DNA from: an uncultured Gemmatimonadaceae bacterium
Lineage (GTDB): Bacteria > Gemmatimonadota > Gemmatimonadetes > Gemmatimonadales > Gemmatimonadaceae
Length of the DNA stretch: 64,000 nucleotides
Assembly (NCBI GenBank): GCA_963740355.1
Contig: CAVUDW010000002.1
Coordinates: forward strand, 1,088,001-1,152,000
Direction of reading: 5' to 3'
A program made the translations under genes and the position numbers. Shown here piece after piece: positions 20,375 to 29,534 of the stretch (its first letter is position 1; each line of letters begins with the position of its first letter). Below the pieces are notes generated by a model. The model was given only the letters and a program-made list of their open reading frames with translations, was not told where the DNA came from and made no database searches.

Positions 20375-21426
20375 GCCCGAGTCTGGTGGCGTCGGATCGG
20401 TCGCTGCTGCGGCGATTGCCGAAGGCGGAACTGCACTGCCATCTCGACGGTTCGGTGCGGCCGGAGACGATGATCGAGCTGGCGAAGGAGTACAAGGTCG
20501 CCATGCCACGCGACGACGCCGATGCCTTGCGCGAGTACATGCGTGTGGACGATGCGCGAAATCTCGAGGATTACCTGCTGCGCTTCGACACCACGCTGTC
20601 GGTGATGCAGACGGAAGAAGCGCTCGAGCGCATCGCCTACGAACTGGCGATCGACGTCGCGGCCGAAGGCGTTCGCTACATCGAGATGCGCTACGCACCG
20701 CCGCTCAACACGTTGCAGGGGATGACGCTCGCACAGGCCGTGGAGGCGCCACTGCGTGGCATCGCCAAGGCGCAGAAGGAAGCCGACATCACCGCCCGCG
20801 TCATCGTCTGCAGCCTGCGGCACTACGATCCGGAACTGTCACTGCAGCTGGCCAAGCTGGCTGTCGGCTACAAGGATCGTGGCGTGGTCGGCTTCGATCT
20901 CGCCGGCGGCGAAATCGGCAACCCGGCGTCACGGCACGCGGCGGCGTTTGCCTACTGCGAGGAACATGGCCTGGCCTGCACCTGTCACGCTGGTGAGGGT
21001 GACGGTCCGGATTCGATCCGGCAGGCGGTGCACGATTGTCACGCACATCGCATCGGGCACGCCACACGACTGCTGGAAGACGTGACGTTGCTCGAGGAAG
21101 TCCACGAACGTGGCATCGCACTCGAACTCTGCCTCACCAGCAACGTGCAAACGCGCGCCACCGAACGGTACGAGACCCACCCGTTGAAGCAGTTCCTTGC
21201 GCGCGGCATGAACGTCTGCCTCAATACCGATAATCGCCTCATGTCCGCCACCACCCTCGTCGACGAGTACCATCACGCGGCCGTGAGTTGCGATTGCACG
21301 TTCGATGAACTGGCAGGGATGGCGCTCGATGGATTCCGCAGCAGTTTCCTTCCGGACGCGGAGAAGGTGGCGATGGTGTCGCGCATGGAGCGTGAGATCG
21401 AGGCAATCCGCACGGGGCAGGGATGA
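20371..21426 (+). CDS. add: Adenosine deaminase
   Basis: LPKAELHCHLDGS, GFDLAGGE, HAGE, RIGH, CLTSN, NTDN. Confidence 0.95.
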   Translation: MSPSLVASDRSLLRRLPKAELHCHLDGSVRPETMIELAKEYKVAMPRDDADALREYMRVDDARNLEDYLLRFDTTLSVMQTEEALERIAYELAIDVAAEGVRYIEMRYAPPLNTLQGMTLAQAVEAPLRGIAKAQKEADITARVIVCSLRHYDPELSLQLAKLAVGYKDRGVVGFDLAGGEIGNPASRHAAAFAYCEEHGLACTCHAGEGDGPDSIRQAVHDCHAHRIGHATRLLEDVTLLEEVHERGIALELCLTSNVQTRATERYETHPLKQFLARGMNVCLNTDNRLMSATTLVDEYHHAAVSCDCTFDELAGMALDGFRSSFLPDAEKVAMVSRMEREIEAIRTGQG

Positions 21427-22313
21427 GCACAGGTCACGTCCAGTCGGGCGACGAGTGGGAACCGGTGTCGGAAGCCGAGCTGCAGGAGCACTATGGCGCC
21501 GATGCAGCCGCGGTCGCGGCTGGTGTCGTGCGCGCGAGAGCGGGCCGGCCGTTGCCGACGCCGGTGGCGGCGATCGTGCTCGGATCGGGGCTGGGGGGGC
21601 TCGCTGAGCAGATCGATGATGCGGTGCGCATCCCCTTTCACGACGTTCCGGGATTTCCACCGGCAACCGTGGAAGGGCATGCCGGCGCGCTGATCATCGG
21701 AACGCTGGCCGGCAAGCCGGTCATCTGCCTCGCCGGCCGCTTTCACTTGTATGAGGCGCATCCCGCTGCGGTGGCGGTATTTCCGGTTCGGCTGGCGCAC
21801 GCCCTCGGCGCAGAGACACTGATCGTCTCGAATGCCGCGGGTGGTATCCGGCGGACATTCATGCCCGGCACGCTGATGCGGATCGAGGATCACATCAACC
21901 TGATGAATCGACATCCGCTGGCGGGTCCATCACAGCCGGGTGAGCCACGTTTTCCCGACATGTCGGCGCCGTATGATCGGGCGCTCGGTGCGAGTCTCGA
22001 TGCGACCGCGCGCACCATGGGCCTGCGGCTCGATGTGGGCGTCTACTGCGGTCTGCTCGGCCCGACGTACGAAACGCCAGCCGAAGTACGGATGCTGGAG
22101 AAACTCGGTGCTGACGCGGTCGGGATGAGCACCGTCCCTGAAGTGATCATGGCGCGCACGCTCGGCATGCGGTGCGTTGGTGTGAGCCTGATCACCAATG
22201 CCGCAGCGGGCTACACCGCCAACCTGCTGAACCACGCCGAAGTCCTGCACGAATCGAAGGACGCAGCCGGTCGATTCCAGTCCCTCATTTCCAGCTTCGT
22301 CGCAACGCTCTGA
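21423..22313 (+). CDS. punA: Purine nucleoside phosphorylase (trimeric type)
   Basis: IVLGSGLG, GHAG, GRFHLYE, GPTYETPAE, DAVGMSTVPE, ITNAAAG, NHAEV. Confidence 0.93.
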   Translation: MSTGHVQSGDEWEPVSEAELQEHYGADAAAVAAGVVRARAGRPLPTPVAAIVLGSGLGGLAEQIDDAVRIPFHDVPGFPPATVEGHAGALIIGTLAGKPVICLAGRFHLYEAHPAAVAVFPVRLAHALGAETLIVSNAAGGIRRTFMPGTLMRIEDHINLMNRHPLAGPSQPGEPRFPDMSAPYDRALGASLDATARTMGLRLDVGVYCGLLGPTYETPAEVRMLEKLGADAVGMSTVPEVIMARTLGMRCVGVSLITNAAAGYTANLLNHAEVLHESKDAAGRFQSLISSFVATL

Positions 22314-22402
22314 AATCGCCGAGTGCCTGTGCCGCGGTCACCGTCGGACGGCAGATGATTCCGCCCGACGGTGACGCGACTTGGCGCTGATCCTACCGGA
22401 CG

Positions 22403-23227
22403 CTATTTCCCCGGCTTCGGCGTCTGCGGCAAGGAGGCGAGTCGTGCCTTGAAGCGCTGGTACGCCGGTGTGTCTTTCGTCAGGCCATCGAGCGATCCTG
22501 GCGGCAGTGCCGCAATGGCGCGACGCGTGGCCGCGATGCGGTCTTCCTCGATCGGGTGACTGGCCAGCCAGCTGGAACTGCCGCCGCCTTTGGCATCGCG
22601 CGCGGCCAGCATGATCTCGAACATTTCGGGCAACCCGCGAGGATCAATTCCAGCTCGCAGCACATACTTCACGCCGAACTGGTCGGCCTCGGCTTCATCG
22701 CCGCGGCTGAACTTCGCCATGATGGCCGTGGCCCCAAGGTTGAGCAGGTCGCCGCCACCGTTCTGGCAGAAGCTGGGCTGGAGAATGCAGGCCAGCGTGG
22801 CGCCGATGCCAACCTTCTGCCCCTTCTCCATCTGCTGCACCGAGTGTCGTTGCGTGACGTGCGCGATTTCGTGGCCCACCACGCCCGCCAGCTGCGACAA
22901 CGTCTGCGCCTTCATGATCAGGCCCTTGTTGACGTAGATGTAGCCGCCCGGCACCGCGAAGGCGTTGATCTCGGGATCATCCACGATCGAGAAACGCCAG
23001 TTGCGGCCCTGATCGTCCACCAACACGGCCAGCGAATCGCCGAGACGATTGATGTAGGCATTCACTTCCGGGTCGCGCACGATCGGCAGTTGCGCGTTAA
23101 TCTGCTGGGAATAGCTGAGGCCCATCTCCGCTTCTTTCTGCGGCGAGATGCTCGCGCAGCCGGTCGCCGATACCAGCAGCGCCGCGGCCGTGCAGAACGA
23201 AAGGATGTGTGATCGTGTGGTACTCAT
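22403..23227 (-). CDS. M48-family zinc metalloprotease lipoprotein
   Basis: Lipobox ATGC; INAFAVPGG, GHEIAH, FSRGDEAEAD, SHP...RI. Confidence 0.92.
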   Translation of the reverse strand: MSTTRSHILSFCTAAALLVSATGCASISPQKEAEMGLSYSQQINAQLPIVRDPEVNAYINRLGDSLAVLVDDQGRNWRFSIVDDPEINAFAVPGGYIYVNKGLIMKAQTLSQLAGVVGHEIAHVTQRHSVQQMEKGQKVGIGATLACILQPSFCQNGGGDLLNLGATAIMAKFSRGDEAEADQFGVKYVLRAGIDPRGLPEMFEIMLAARDAKGGGSSSWLASHPIEEDRIAATRRAIAALPPGSLDGLTKDTPAYQRFKARLASLPQTPKPGK

Positions 23228-23263
23228 TGCGCGAATTCCATTGGACGTCCTGAGAGGTCTGTC

Positions 23264-24016
23264 GTGAGTTTGCTGACCGTAGCCCGCGACCTGCAACGTC
23301 GCAAGGCGCGTGAACGCAGTGGGCGCTTTGTCGCGGAAGGGGTGCGAACGATCGAGGAGTTGCTGCGGAGCAGACTCGCGATCGATGGCATCCTCGCCGC
23401 CGACGACGCTCGCTCCGTCCCGCGTACTGCCGACCTGCTCGATCGCGCCGCCGAGGCTGGCGTGCCGATCATGACCGTGTCAGCACGCGAGTTCTCGACC
23501 GCAGCCGGCACAGAGGCACCACAGGGGGTGCTGGCCGTCGCGGTCACGCCAGTCTGGACTCTCGAGTCGCTTCCCTCGAGCGGACACCGGCTGCTGGTCC
23601 TGGATGCCGTACAGGACCCCGGGAACGTCGGAACGATCCTCCGGACCGCGGCTGCCTTCGCGGCCTCGGCCACCATCGCGCTGCCGGGAACTGTTGACCT
23701 TTGGAATGCGAAGGTCGTCCGTAGCGCGATGGGCAGTCACTTCGTCCACCCCACCGTCGCTTGTACCGTTGACGCGCTTGCCCCGTTCCTCGCGGAACGC
23801 GGGATTCCCTTATGGGGCGCTGACGCGGCCGGGACTCCGCTCCCGGAAGTCGAGATCCCCTCGGAATGGGCGCTCGCGGTGGGGAACGAGGGGGCTGGCC
23901 TGTCTCCTGCAGTCCAGTCGCTCGTCACGGGGACCGTCGCGCTGCCGATCAGCGTCGCGGTCGAGTCGCTCAACGTGGCGGTCGCGACTGGAATCCTTCT
24001 GTTTGCCTTCCGCTGA
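23264..24016 (+). CDS. TrmH/SpoU-family RNA methyltransferase
   Basis: QDPGNVGTILRTA, VRSAMG, GNEGAG, ESLNVAVA. Confidence 0.93.
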   Translation: MSLLTVARDLQRRKARERSGRFVAEGVRTIEELLRSRLAIDGILAADDARSVPRTADLLDRAAEAGVPIMTVSAREFSTAAGTEAPQGVLAVAVTPVWTLESLPSSGHRLLVLDAVQDPGNVGTILRTAAAFAASATIALPGTVDLWNAKVVRSAMGSHFVHPTVACTVDALAPFLAERGIPLWGADAAGTPLPEVEIPSEWALAVGNEGAGLSPAVQSLVTGTVALPISVAVESLNVAVATGILLFAFR

Positions 24017-24021
24017 GTCCA

Positions 24022-24861
24022 GTGAACGCCACCCTGTTGACCACGCTCACCTACGCGCTGTTCGGAGCCTGCTTCGGCTCGTTCCTGAACGTGTGCGTCT
24101 CGCGCTGGCCCGCGGGCCTCTCTGTGGTCCGGCCTGCCAGTCGGTGTCCGAAGTGTGAGCGCGAGATCCGGTGGCACGAAAACGTCCCGGTGCTCGGTTG
24201 GCTTCGACTGCGCGGCAAGTGCGCCGGCTGTGCGCTGCCGATTTCGATCGAGTATCCCCTGGTCGAGATCACCGTGGCGCTGCTGTGGGCCGGCTCGGCC
24301 TTCCTCGCCGGTTGGGGGCTGGATGCGCTTCGGCTCGCCACCTTCTCGACGATCATGTTCGGCATCACGCTCACCGACGCCAAGCACTACGTGATTCCTG
24401 ATGGATTCACCGTGTTCGGTTTCCTGTTCGTGCTCATCACCAGTGTGATCGCCTTCTTCAACGGTTCCACCGAGCAGTGGTTTGCGCCGCCGATCGAGGC
24501 GCTGTACGGCGCCTGCGCCGGCGCGGGTTTCATCGCCATCATCGGCTGGCTTGGCGAAGTTGCGCTGAAGAAGGAAGCGATGGGTTTTGGTGACGCCACG
24601 TTGATGGCCGTGGTCGGTGCTGCGATCGGCCCGACGCGCGCCATCATCACTGTCTTCGTGGCGGCCGCACTCGGTGCCACGGCATTCCTCTGCGTGGTGT
24701 ACCCGATTGCGTATGCGCGTGCCAGGAAGCAGGGGAAGGAGTTCGAGCCGCCGCTCGTTCCGTTCGGCGTGTTTCTCGCGCCGGCGGCAGTCGCAATGCT
24801 GCTGGCGGGCCAGCCGCTGCTCGACTGGGGCAGTACCTTGCTCGGTGTTCCGCTGCGCTGA
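24022..24861 (+). CDS. pilD: Prepilin peptidase / N-methyltransferase
   Basis: GSFLNV, SRCPKC, GKCAGC, YPLVE, MGFGD, PFGVFL; GTG start at 24022 inferred. Confidence 0.92.
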   Translation: MNATLLTTLTYALFGACFGSFLNVCVSRWPAGLSVVRPASRCPKCEREIRWHENVPVLGWLRLRGKCAGCALPISIEYPLVEITVALLWAGSAFLAGWGLDALRLATFSTIMFGITLTDAKHYVIPDGFTVFGFLFVLITSVIAFFNGSTEQWFAPPIEALYGACAGAGFIAIIGWLGEVALKKEAMGFGDATLMAVVGAAIGPTRAIITVFVAAALGATAFLCVVYPIAYARARKQGKEFEPPLVPFGVFLAPAAVAMLLAGQPLLDWGSTLLGVPLR

Positions 24862-24911
24862 TTTCCAGTCACCGCGCCACTGCCGGTTTTCGCATCCCCG
24901 ACCCTGATCTC

Positions 24912-26141
24912 GTGCGCCGTTTCGTTCTCGTCCCGCTCGTTGCCCTGGCGCTTGGCGCCTGTGATCGCAAGCCGCTGCCGAAGGCCGGTGACCTGCAGGG
25001 AGAAGTCGAGGCGCTGGTGCCGAAGGTGGAGGAGGCGTCGGGCCTGAAGTTCAAGCAGCCGCCGAAAGTTGCGACGCAGTCGCAGGACGAGGTGCAGAAA
25101 TTCCTCATCGCGCAATTCGCGCGACCGGAAGTGCGCCGCGATCTGGACTTCAAGGTCGGTGTCTGGAAGCGCATCGGCGTGGTGCCGGATTCAGTCGATG
25201 TCGTCGGACTTCTGACGCGCCTGCTCTCGGAACAGGTGGTCGGTTTCTACGACCCCAAGCGCAAGACGCTTTTCGTGGTCGAGGGACGGGCAGGCGTCGA
25301 GCGTGAAACCGTCATCCGGCACGAGCTGACGCACGCGCTGCAGGACCAGTACGTGAATCTCGATTCGATCCAGAACCTCCAGAACGATGATGATCGCGTG
25401 GAAGCGGCGCAGGCGGTCTTCGAGGGCCACGCCACCGTGATCATGATCGGCAACGCCGCACGCACGATTGCGTGGGACAAGGCCCGTGAAGGGATTCGTG
25501 ATGCGCGCGCCGCGAATCCGATCTTCAACGCGGCACCGGCATTTCTCGCGGAAGGGCTGCTCTTCCCGTACCTCGGTGGCGCCGAGTTCGTGCGCAACCA
25601 GATGGGCGATGGAATCACCAGTGCACAACTCCTGGCCGAGCTGCCCACGAGCACGTCGCAGGTGCTGCACAAGGAACGGTGGGGCGCGAAAGGCAATCCT
25701 GCCGAAGTCGTGCGGTTCACCCCCGCTGCCGGAACGACGATCCGCTACGAGAACAGCTTCGGTGAGTTCGAGACGCGCCTAGCGCTGGCCGAGTTGCTCG
25801 GAGACGTGTCGCGCGCGTCGGCGGCGGCGCGAGGGCAGGACGGCGACCGGTATGCGGTGCTCACGACGCCTGCCGGCGAAGGACTCGCCTGGGTCAGCGT
25901 GTGGGACTCGCCGCTGGACGCGGAGGAGTTCGCTGAGGCGTATGCCGGCGCAATGGCCAAGCGCTACAAGTCGACCGTCGTGTCCACAAATGGCCGGCGC
26001 GAGATCACTGGCGAAGGGCGCCATGTGACGATCCGGACCGACAAGGCGGGCGGCCGCGACGTGACCCTGGTCGAGGACCTGCCCGCGGCCGCGAAAACGC
26101 CGGTGATTCCGACCTCCGGCATCACGATTCGGGCACGCTGA
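24912..26141 (+). CDS. Putative zincin-type metallopeptidase lipoprotein
   Basis: Lipobox LGAC; GFYDP, RHELTHALQDQ, downstream EGHA, FPYLGG. Confidence 0.75.
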   Translation: MRRFVLVPLVALALGACDRKPLPKAGDLQGEVEALVPKVEEASGLKFKQPPKVATQSQDEVQKFLIAQFARPEVRRDLDFKVGVWKRIGVVPDSVDVVGLLTRLLSEQVVGFYDPKRKTLFVVEGRAGVERETVIRHELTHALQDQYVNLDSIQNLQNDDDRVEAAQAVFEGHATVIMIGNAARTIAWDKAREGIRDARAANPIFNAAPAFLAEGLLFPYLGGAEFVRNQMGDGITSAQLLAELPTSTSQVLHKERWGAKGNPAEVVRFTPAAGTTIRYENSFGEFETRLALAELLGDVSRASAAARGQDGDRYAVLTTPAGEGLAWVSVWDSPLDAEEFAEAYAGAMAKRYKSTVVSTNGRREITGEGRHVTIRTDKAGGRDVTLVEDLPAAAKTPVIPTSGITIRAR

Positions 26142-26314
26142 GCGGCGTCGCCCGTCGAGCGAATCGGGCGCCACGTCCGTAGACGAACGGTGGCGCCGAA
26201 GGGGATTGCGGGACAAGTTCAGCTTTGCGAACTGTGCCGTGGCAACGCGGCGTCCGACGCTTTCTCGTCCGCTGGAGCCCCCAGCACGGACGGTGATCCC
26301 TCATATTTCCGTGC

Positions 26315-27283
26315 ATGACTGCTCCAACGAACGAACTCCTCGCCAAGGTCGAGGTGCTGGCGGACCTCGAGCCGCTGGTGAACGACCTGATGGCGGCGCA
26401 CGAATCGAAGCGTGTCCTCTGGTATCCGAGCGAGTTGTTGGCGCCGGCGCCGGATACGGACCCCGATGTCTACATCAAGGAACTGCGTGAGCGGAGCAAG
26501 GGCATCTCGACGCCGGCGCGTGTCGCACTGGCGCTGAACCTGCTCACCGAAGAGGGGTTGCCGCACTTCCACCGCCTGCTGGCGGTGTACCTCGGCAACG
26601 AATCGTTCTGGCACAAGTGGACGAACCTCTGGACGGCAGAGGAGGATCGACACGGGGCCGTGCTGCACGACTACATGCACGACAGCCGGATCCTCGACAA
26701 TCCGGTGCTCGAGAAGATGCAGTTCGAGTATCTCAAGGCTGGCTTCGCGCCGGCATGGGATCGCGATCCGTATCGCGTGTTCGTCTACACCTCGCTGCAG
26801 GAACGCGCGACGCAGGTGAGTCACGCGAACACCGGCAAGCTGGCGAGCATCACGGAGCCATTGATCGGCGAAGTGCTGTCGAATGTCGCGAAGGAAGAGG
26901 CGCGCCACTACACGTTCTATCGCGCGATCTTCAAGGCGGTGCTGGAGCGCGACCCGACGCGCGCGATGTTGTCGGCGGCGGAAATCATGCCGTCGATCGA
27001 GATGCCGGGCGTGGCGATGCCGCATTTCCGCGACATGGCGGACGTGGTGCGTCGTGCGGGCATCTATGGCCCACGCGACTACCTGAAGATCGTCGAGGAG
27101 CTGATCAAGTTCTGGGCGATCGAGGCGGTCACGGGGCTGGACGAGATGGGCCGAAAGGCGCAGGAAAAGATCATGGCCGTGCCGGCACGTCTCCTGCGAG
27201 TGGCGGACATGATGGAGACGCGCAGCCGCGCGAAGACGTTCTCGTTCGACGTCGCCTTCGCCCGCGAATTTGCAATGGATTGA
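26315..27283 (+). CDS. Soluble diiron acyl-ACP desaturase
   Basis: LLTEEGLP, WTAEEDRH, QERAT, EEARH, MPG, AGIY. Confidence 0.92.
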   Translation: MTAPTNELLAKVEVLADLEPLVNDLMAAHESKRVLWYPSELLAPAPDTDPDVYIKELRERSKGISTPARVALALNLLTEEGLPHFHRLLAVYLGNESFWHKWTNLWTAEEDRHGAVLHDYMHDSRILDNPVLEKMQFEYLKAGFAPAWDRDPYRVFVYTSLQERATQVSHANTGKLASITEPLIGEVLSNVAKEEARHYTFYRAIFKAVLERDPTRAMLSAAEIMPSIEMPGVAMPHFRDMADVVRRAGIYGPRDYLKIVEELIKFWAIEAVTGLDEMGRKAQEKIMAVPARLLRVADMMETRSRAKTFSFDVAFAREFAMD

Positions 27284-27391
27284 GGGGCCACGGAGCCCCT
27301 CGGGTGCCCTCCGGGGCACCCCGCGCGTCCTTCATCGGCTGTCGTGACGTGACCGTTGCGGCGCGCATTCACTGCGAAGGAGCGAATTGTG

Positions 27392-27862
27392 ATGATGTCG
27401 ACCTGGCGTAAATGGGTGGCGCTGAGCGCCGTGGTGGTCTCGGGTGCGACGGCGTGTGGCACTGCCACAACCGACCCCGTGGTGGTCGATGCTGGCGTGA
27501 CGCTGGCTGGCCTGAACTTCAAGTTCGCCGGTGCTACGCTGACCACCGCTGCGGGATCGTTGCCGGCACCGGATGCATCATTTGCCGCGCCGGTCGTCAA
27601 CATCAGTCAGCCACCCACGATTTCCACGCCCGTGACCCTCTCAGTCGGCGCGGCTGAGCCATTCCAGACTGTGCTGATTCAGCCCGTGGGGAGTGCATCG
27701 TACGTTCGCATCTTCCTGCCCGCACAAACCACTCTGATTTCCATCAGCGTGCTCAGCGACGCGACCAGTTCCTTCCTCGCAACCTCCGCAATCATCTCCG
27801 TCGGCAACGGTGTTCGCGTGTCGAAACCCTCGACGCTGTCCTTGCAGCCGATCAGCAACTGA
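27392..27862 (+). CDS. Hypothetical lipoprotein (Ser/Thr-rich, beta-rich)
   Basis: SD AAGGAG; lipobox ATAC. Confidence 0.75.
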   Translation: MMSTWRKWVALSAVVVSGATACGTATTDPVVVDAGVTLAGLNFKFAGATLTTAAGSLPAPDASFAAPVVNISQPPTISTPVTLSVGAAEPFQTVLIQPVGSASYVRIFLPAQTTLISISVLSDATSSFLATSAIISVGNGVRVSKPSTLSLQPISN

Positions 27863-27890
27863 CGTTACGCATCTCGCGCTGGGAGCCTGA

Positions 27891-29450
27891 CTACGGCAGC
27901 GCGCGGATGGCCTGTGAGATGAAGAACGTCCCGACACCGATGAAGGCACCGAGCACGAAGCCGAACTTGATGATCAGGTTCAGTTCGCGCTGTGTGACGC
28001 CACGCACGATCTCTTCCACACGCTCGGTGCTGAACTCATTCACCTTGCGTTCGATCAGTGCTGGCACATCGAACTTCTGTACCAGCGCCGGCAGCGACGT
28101 GACGATCCATTCCCACATCGCCGGCGCCAGGACGGCGGCCAGTCGTTCATTGGCATGGGCGGGCAACCAGCGCGCGGGCCGACCGATGGGTGCGTCGAGC
28201 GCCTTCTGCACCACGCGTGCAGCGGTGTCGCGGACGAACTGCTGCGTCGCATCACCGCGCATCGCTTCCAGCACCCAGTTGGCGATCGTTTCGTCGGTGA
28301 CGCCACTGAGCAGGTCGTCGATGCGACGATGCGCCACCCCTTCCAGCGCCGACTCGATGCGGCCGGCGACGAACTTCTGCGTCGAGTCGGAGCGAAGCAG
28401 CGTCAGCGCCCCCTTCGACAGTCCCTCCGACAAGGCCTGAACGCGCGCCGCATCCGGCGCGCCGACGATGTCCTTGAGCGGCTTCCGCAGCAGCGACTCG
28501 ACGCCATCGCGCACGGCCTTCGTGACCTGATCGCGGATCGCCGGCTCGCGCAACAGCGCCGAGAGTTCATCGACCCCCTCGCCGCCGAGCGCGTCGAGCG
28601 CCTTTTCCAGCGCGCGCTCCGTCACCAGGAACCGCGCCAGCACCCGTTCGTGGAAGCGAAGATCGGTGACGAACTTCGCCACCACGCCCTGCAGCGTGCG
28701 CTTGACGGTCTCGCGGCTTTCCGTCTGCGCCAGCCACGCGCCAAGCTTGTCCACCGCCACCGGGATGTAGGCGTCGACGGCCTTGTCCAGCATCGCACTC
28801 AATTCGGCGGGCAGCGTCTGCAGCAACGGCGCATCGCGCGTCAGCAACGATTCGGCCTGCGTGCGTACGCTGGTCGCGACGGCATCGGCCACGGTGTCGC
28901 TATGGGCGAGCGTGAGCGCCAGTGCACGCCCCTGCTCCACGATGGCCGCGCGACGCGCCGCCGGCAGTACATCGGAGAGTGTCTGGTCGCCGATGGCACC
29001 GCGCAAGCGTGCCACGAACGCGATCACCGCCGGCCGCGCTTCCTCACTCTCGGCCCACACTTCCACGCGCTCTGCGACCGTGGACGCCACGCCCTGCAGC
29101 GCCGTCTCCAGCTCACCACTCATCGACTCCGGCACGAGACTGCGCAGCGAACCGCGCTCCGTCTCGAGGAGCGACTGCACCACACTCGCGACACGCTCAT
29201 TGAACGCGTCGCGGATGCCGCCATGCGTCAGTTCCTGCAGCATGTCCTGCGGGGTCAGCAACTTTTCGCCGACGACCTTGCCGATGCTGGCGGCGAGCCG
29301 CGCCTTGTTCTTGGGGATCGCGCCCTGCACGCCGAGAAACGGCTTGTGCGGATTGAAGAGCATCCACACGGCGACGGTGTCCGTCAGGCCACCGGCGAGG
29401 CTGTGCAGGACGACGTTGAGCGCGAACTCGCGATAGAGGTGTGAAGCCAT
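27891..29450 (-). CDS. DUF445 family membrane-anchored helical protein
   Basis: GGLTDTVAVWMLF, GAIPKNKARLA, C-terminal ELNLIIKFGFVLGAFIG. Confidence 0.88.
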   Translation of the reverse strand: MASHLYREFALNVVLHSLAGGLTDTVAVWMLFNPHKPFLGVQGAIPKNKARLAASIGKVVGEKLLTPQDMLQELTHGGIRDAFNERVASVVQSLLETERGSLRSLVPESMSGELETALQGVASTVAERVEVWAESEEARPAVIAFVARLRGAIGDQTLSDVLPAARRAAIVEQGRALALTLAHSDTVADAVATSVRTQAESLLTRDAPLLQTLPAELSAMLDKAVDAYIPVAVDKLGAWLAQTESRETVKRTLQGVVAKFVTDLRFHERVLARFLVTERALEKALDALGGEGVDELSALLREPAIRDQVTKAVRDGVESLLRKPLKDIVGAPDAARVQALSEGLSKGALTLLRSDSTQKFVAGRIESALEGVAHRRIDDLLSGVTDETIANWVLEAMRGDATQQFVRDTAARVVQKALDAPIGRPARWLPAHANERLAAVLAPAMWEWIVTSLPALVQKFDVPALIERKVNEFSTERVEEIVRGVTQRELNLIIKFGFVLGAFIGVGTFFISQAIRALP

Positions 29451-29466
29451 TGTGCTGGATTCTACG

Positions 29467-29503
29467 CGAAACGCGCCGCGTGTGTGTCACGCGGCGCGTT
29501 TCG
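29467..29503. terminator. Perfect 16-bp hairpin downstream of lon
   Basis: cgaaacgcgccgcgtg-tgtgt-cacgcggcgcgtttcg. Confidence 0.6.
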
Positions 29504-29534
29504 GGGTGTCGTCAGGGACAGGGCGAACCGGGCA

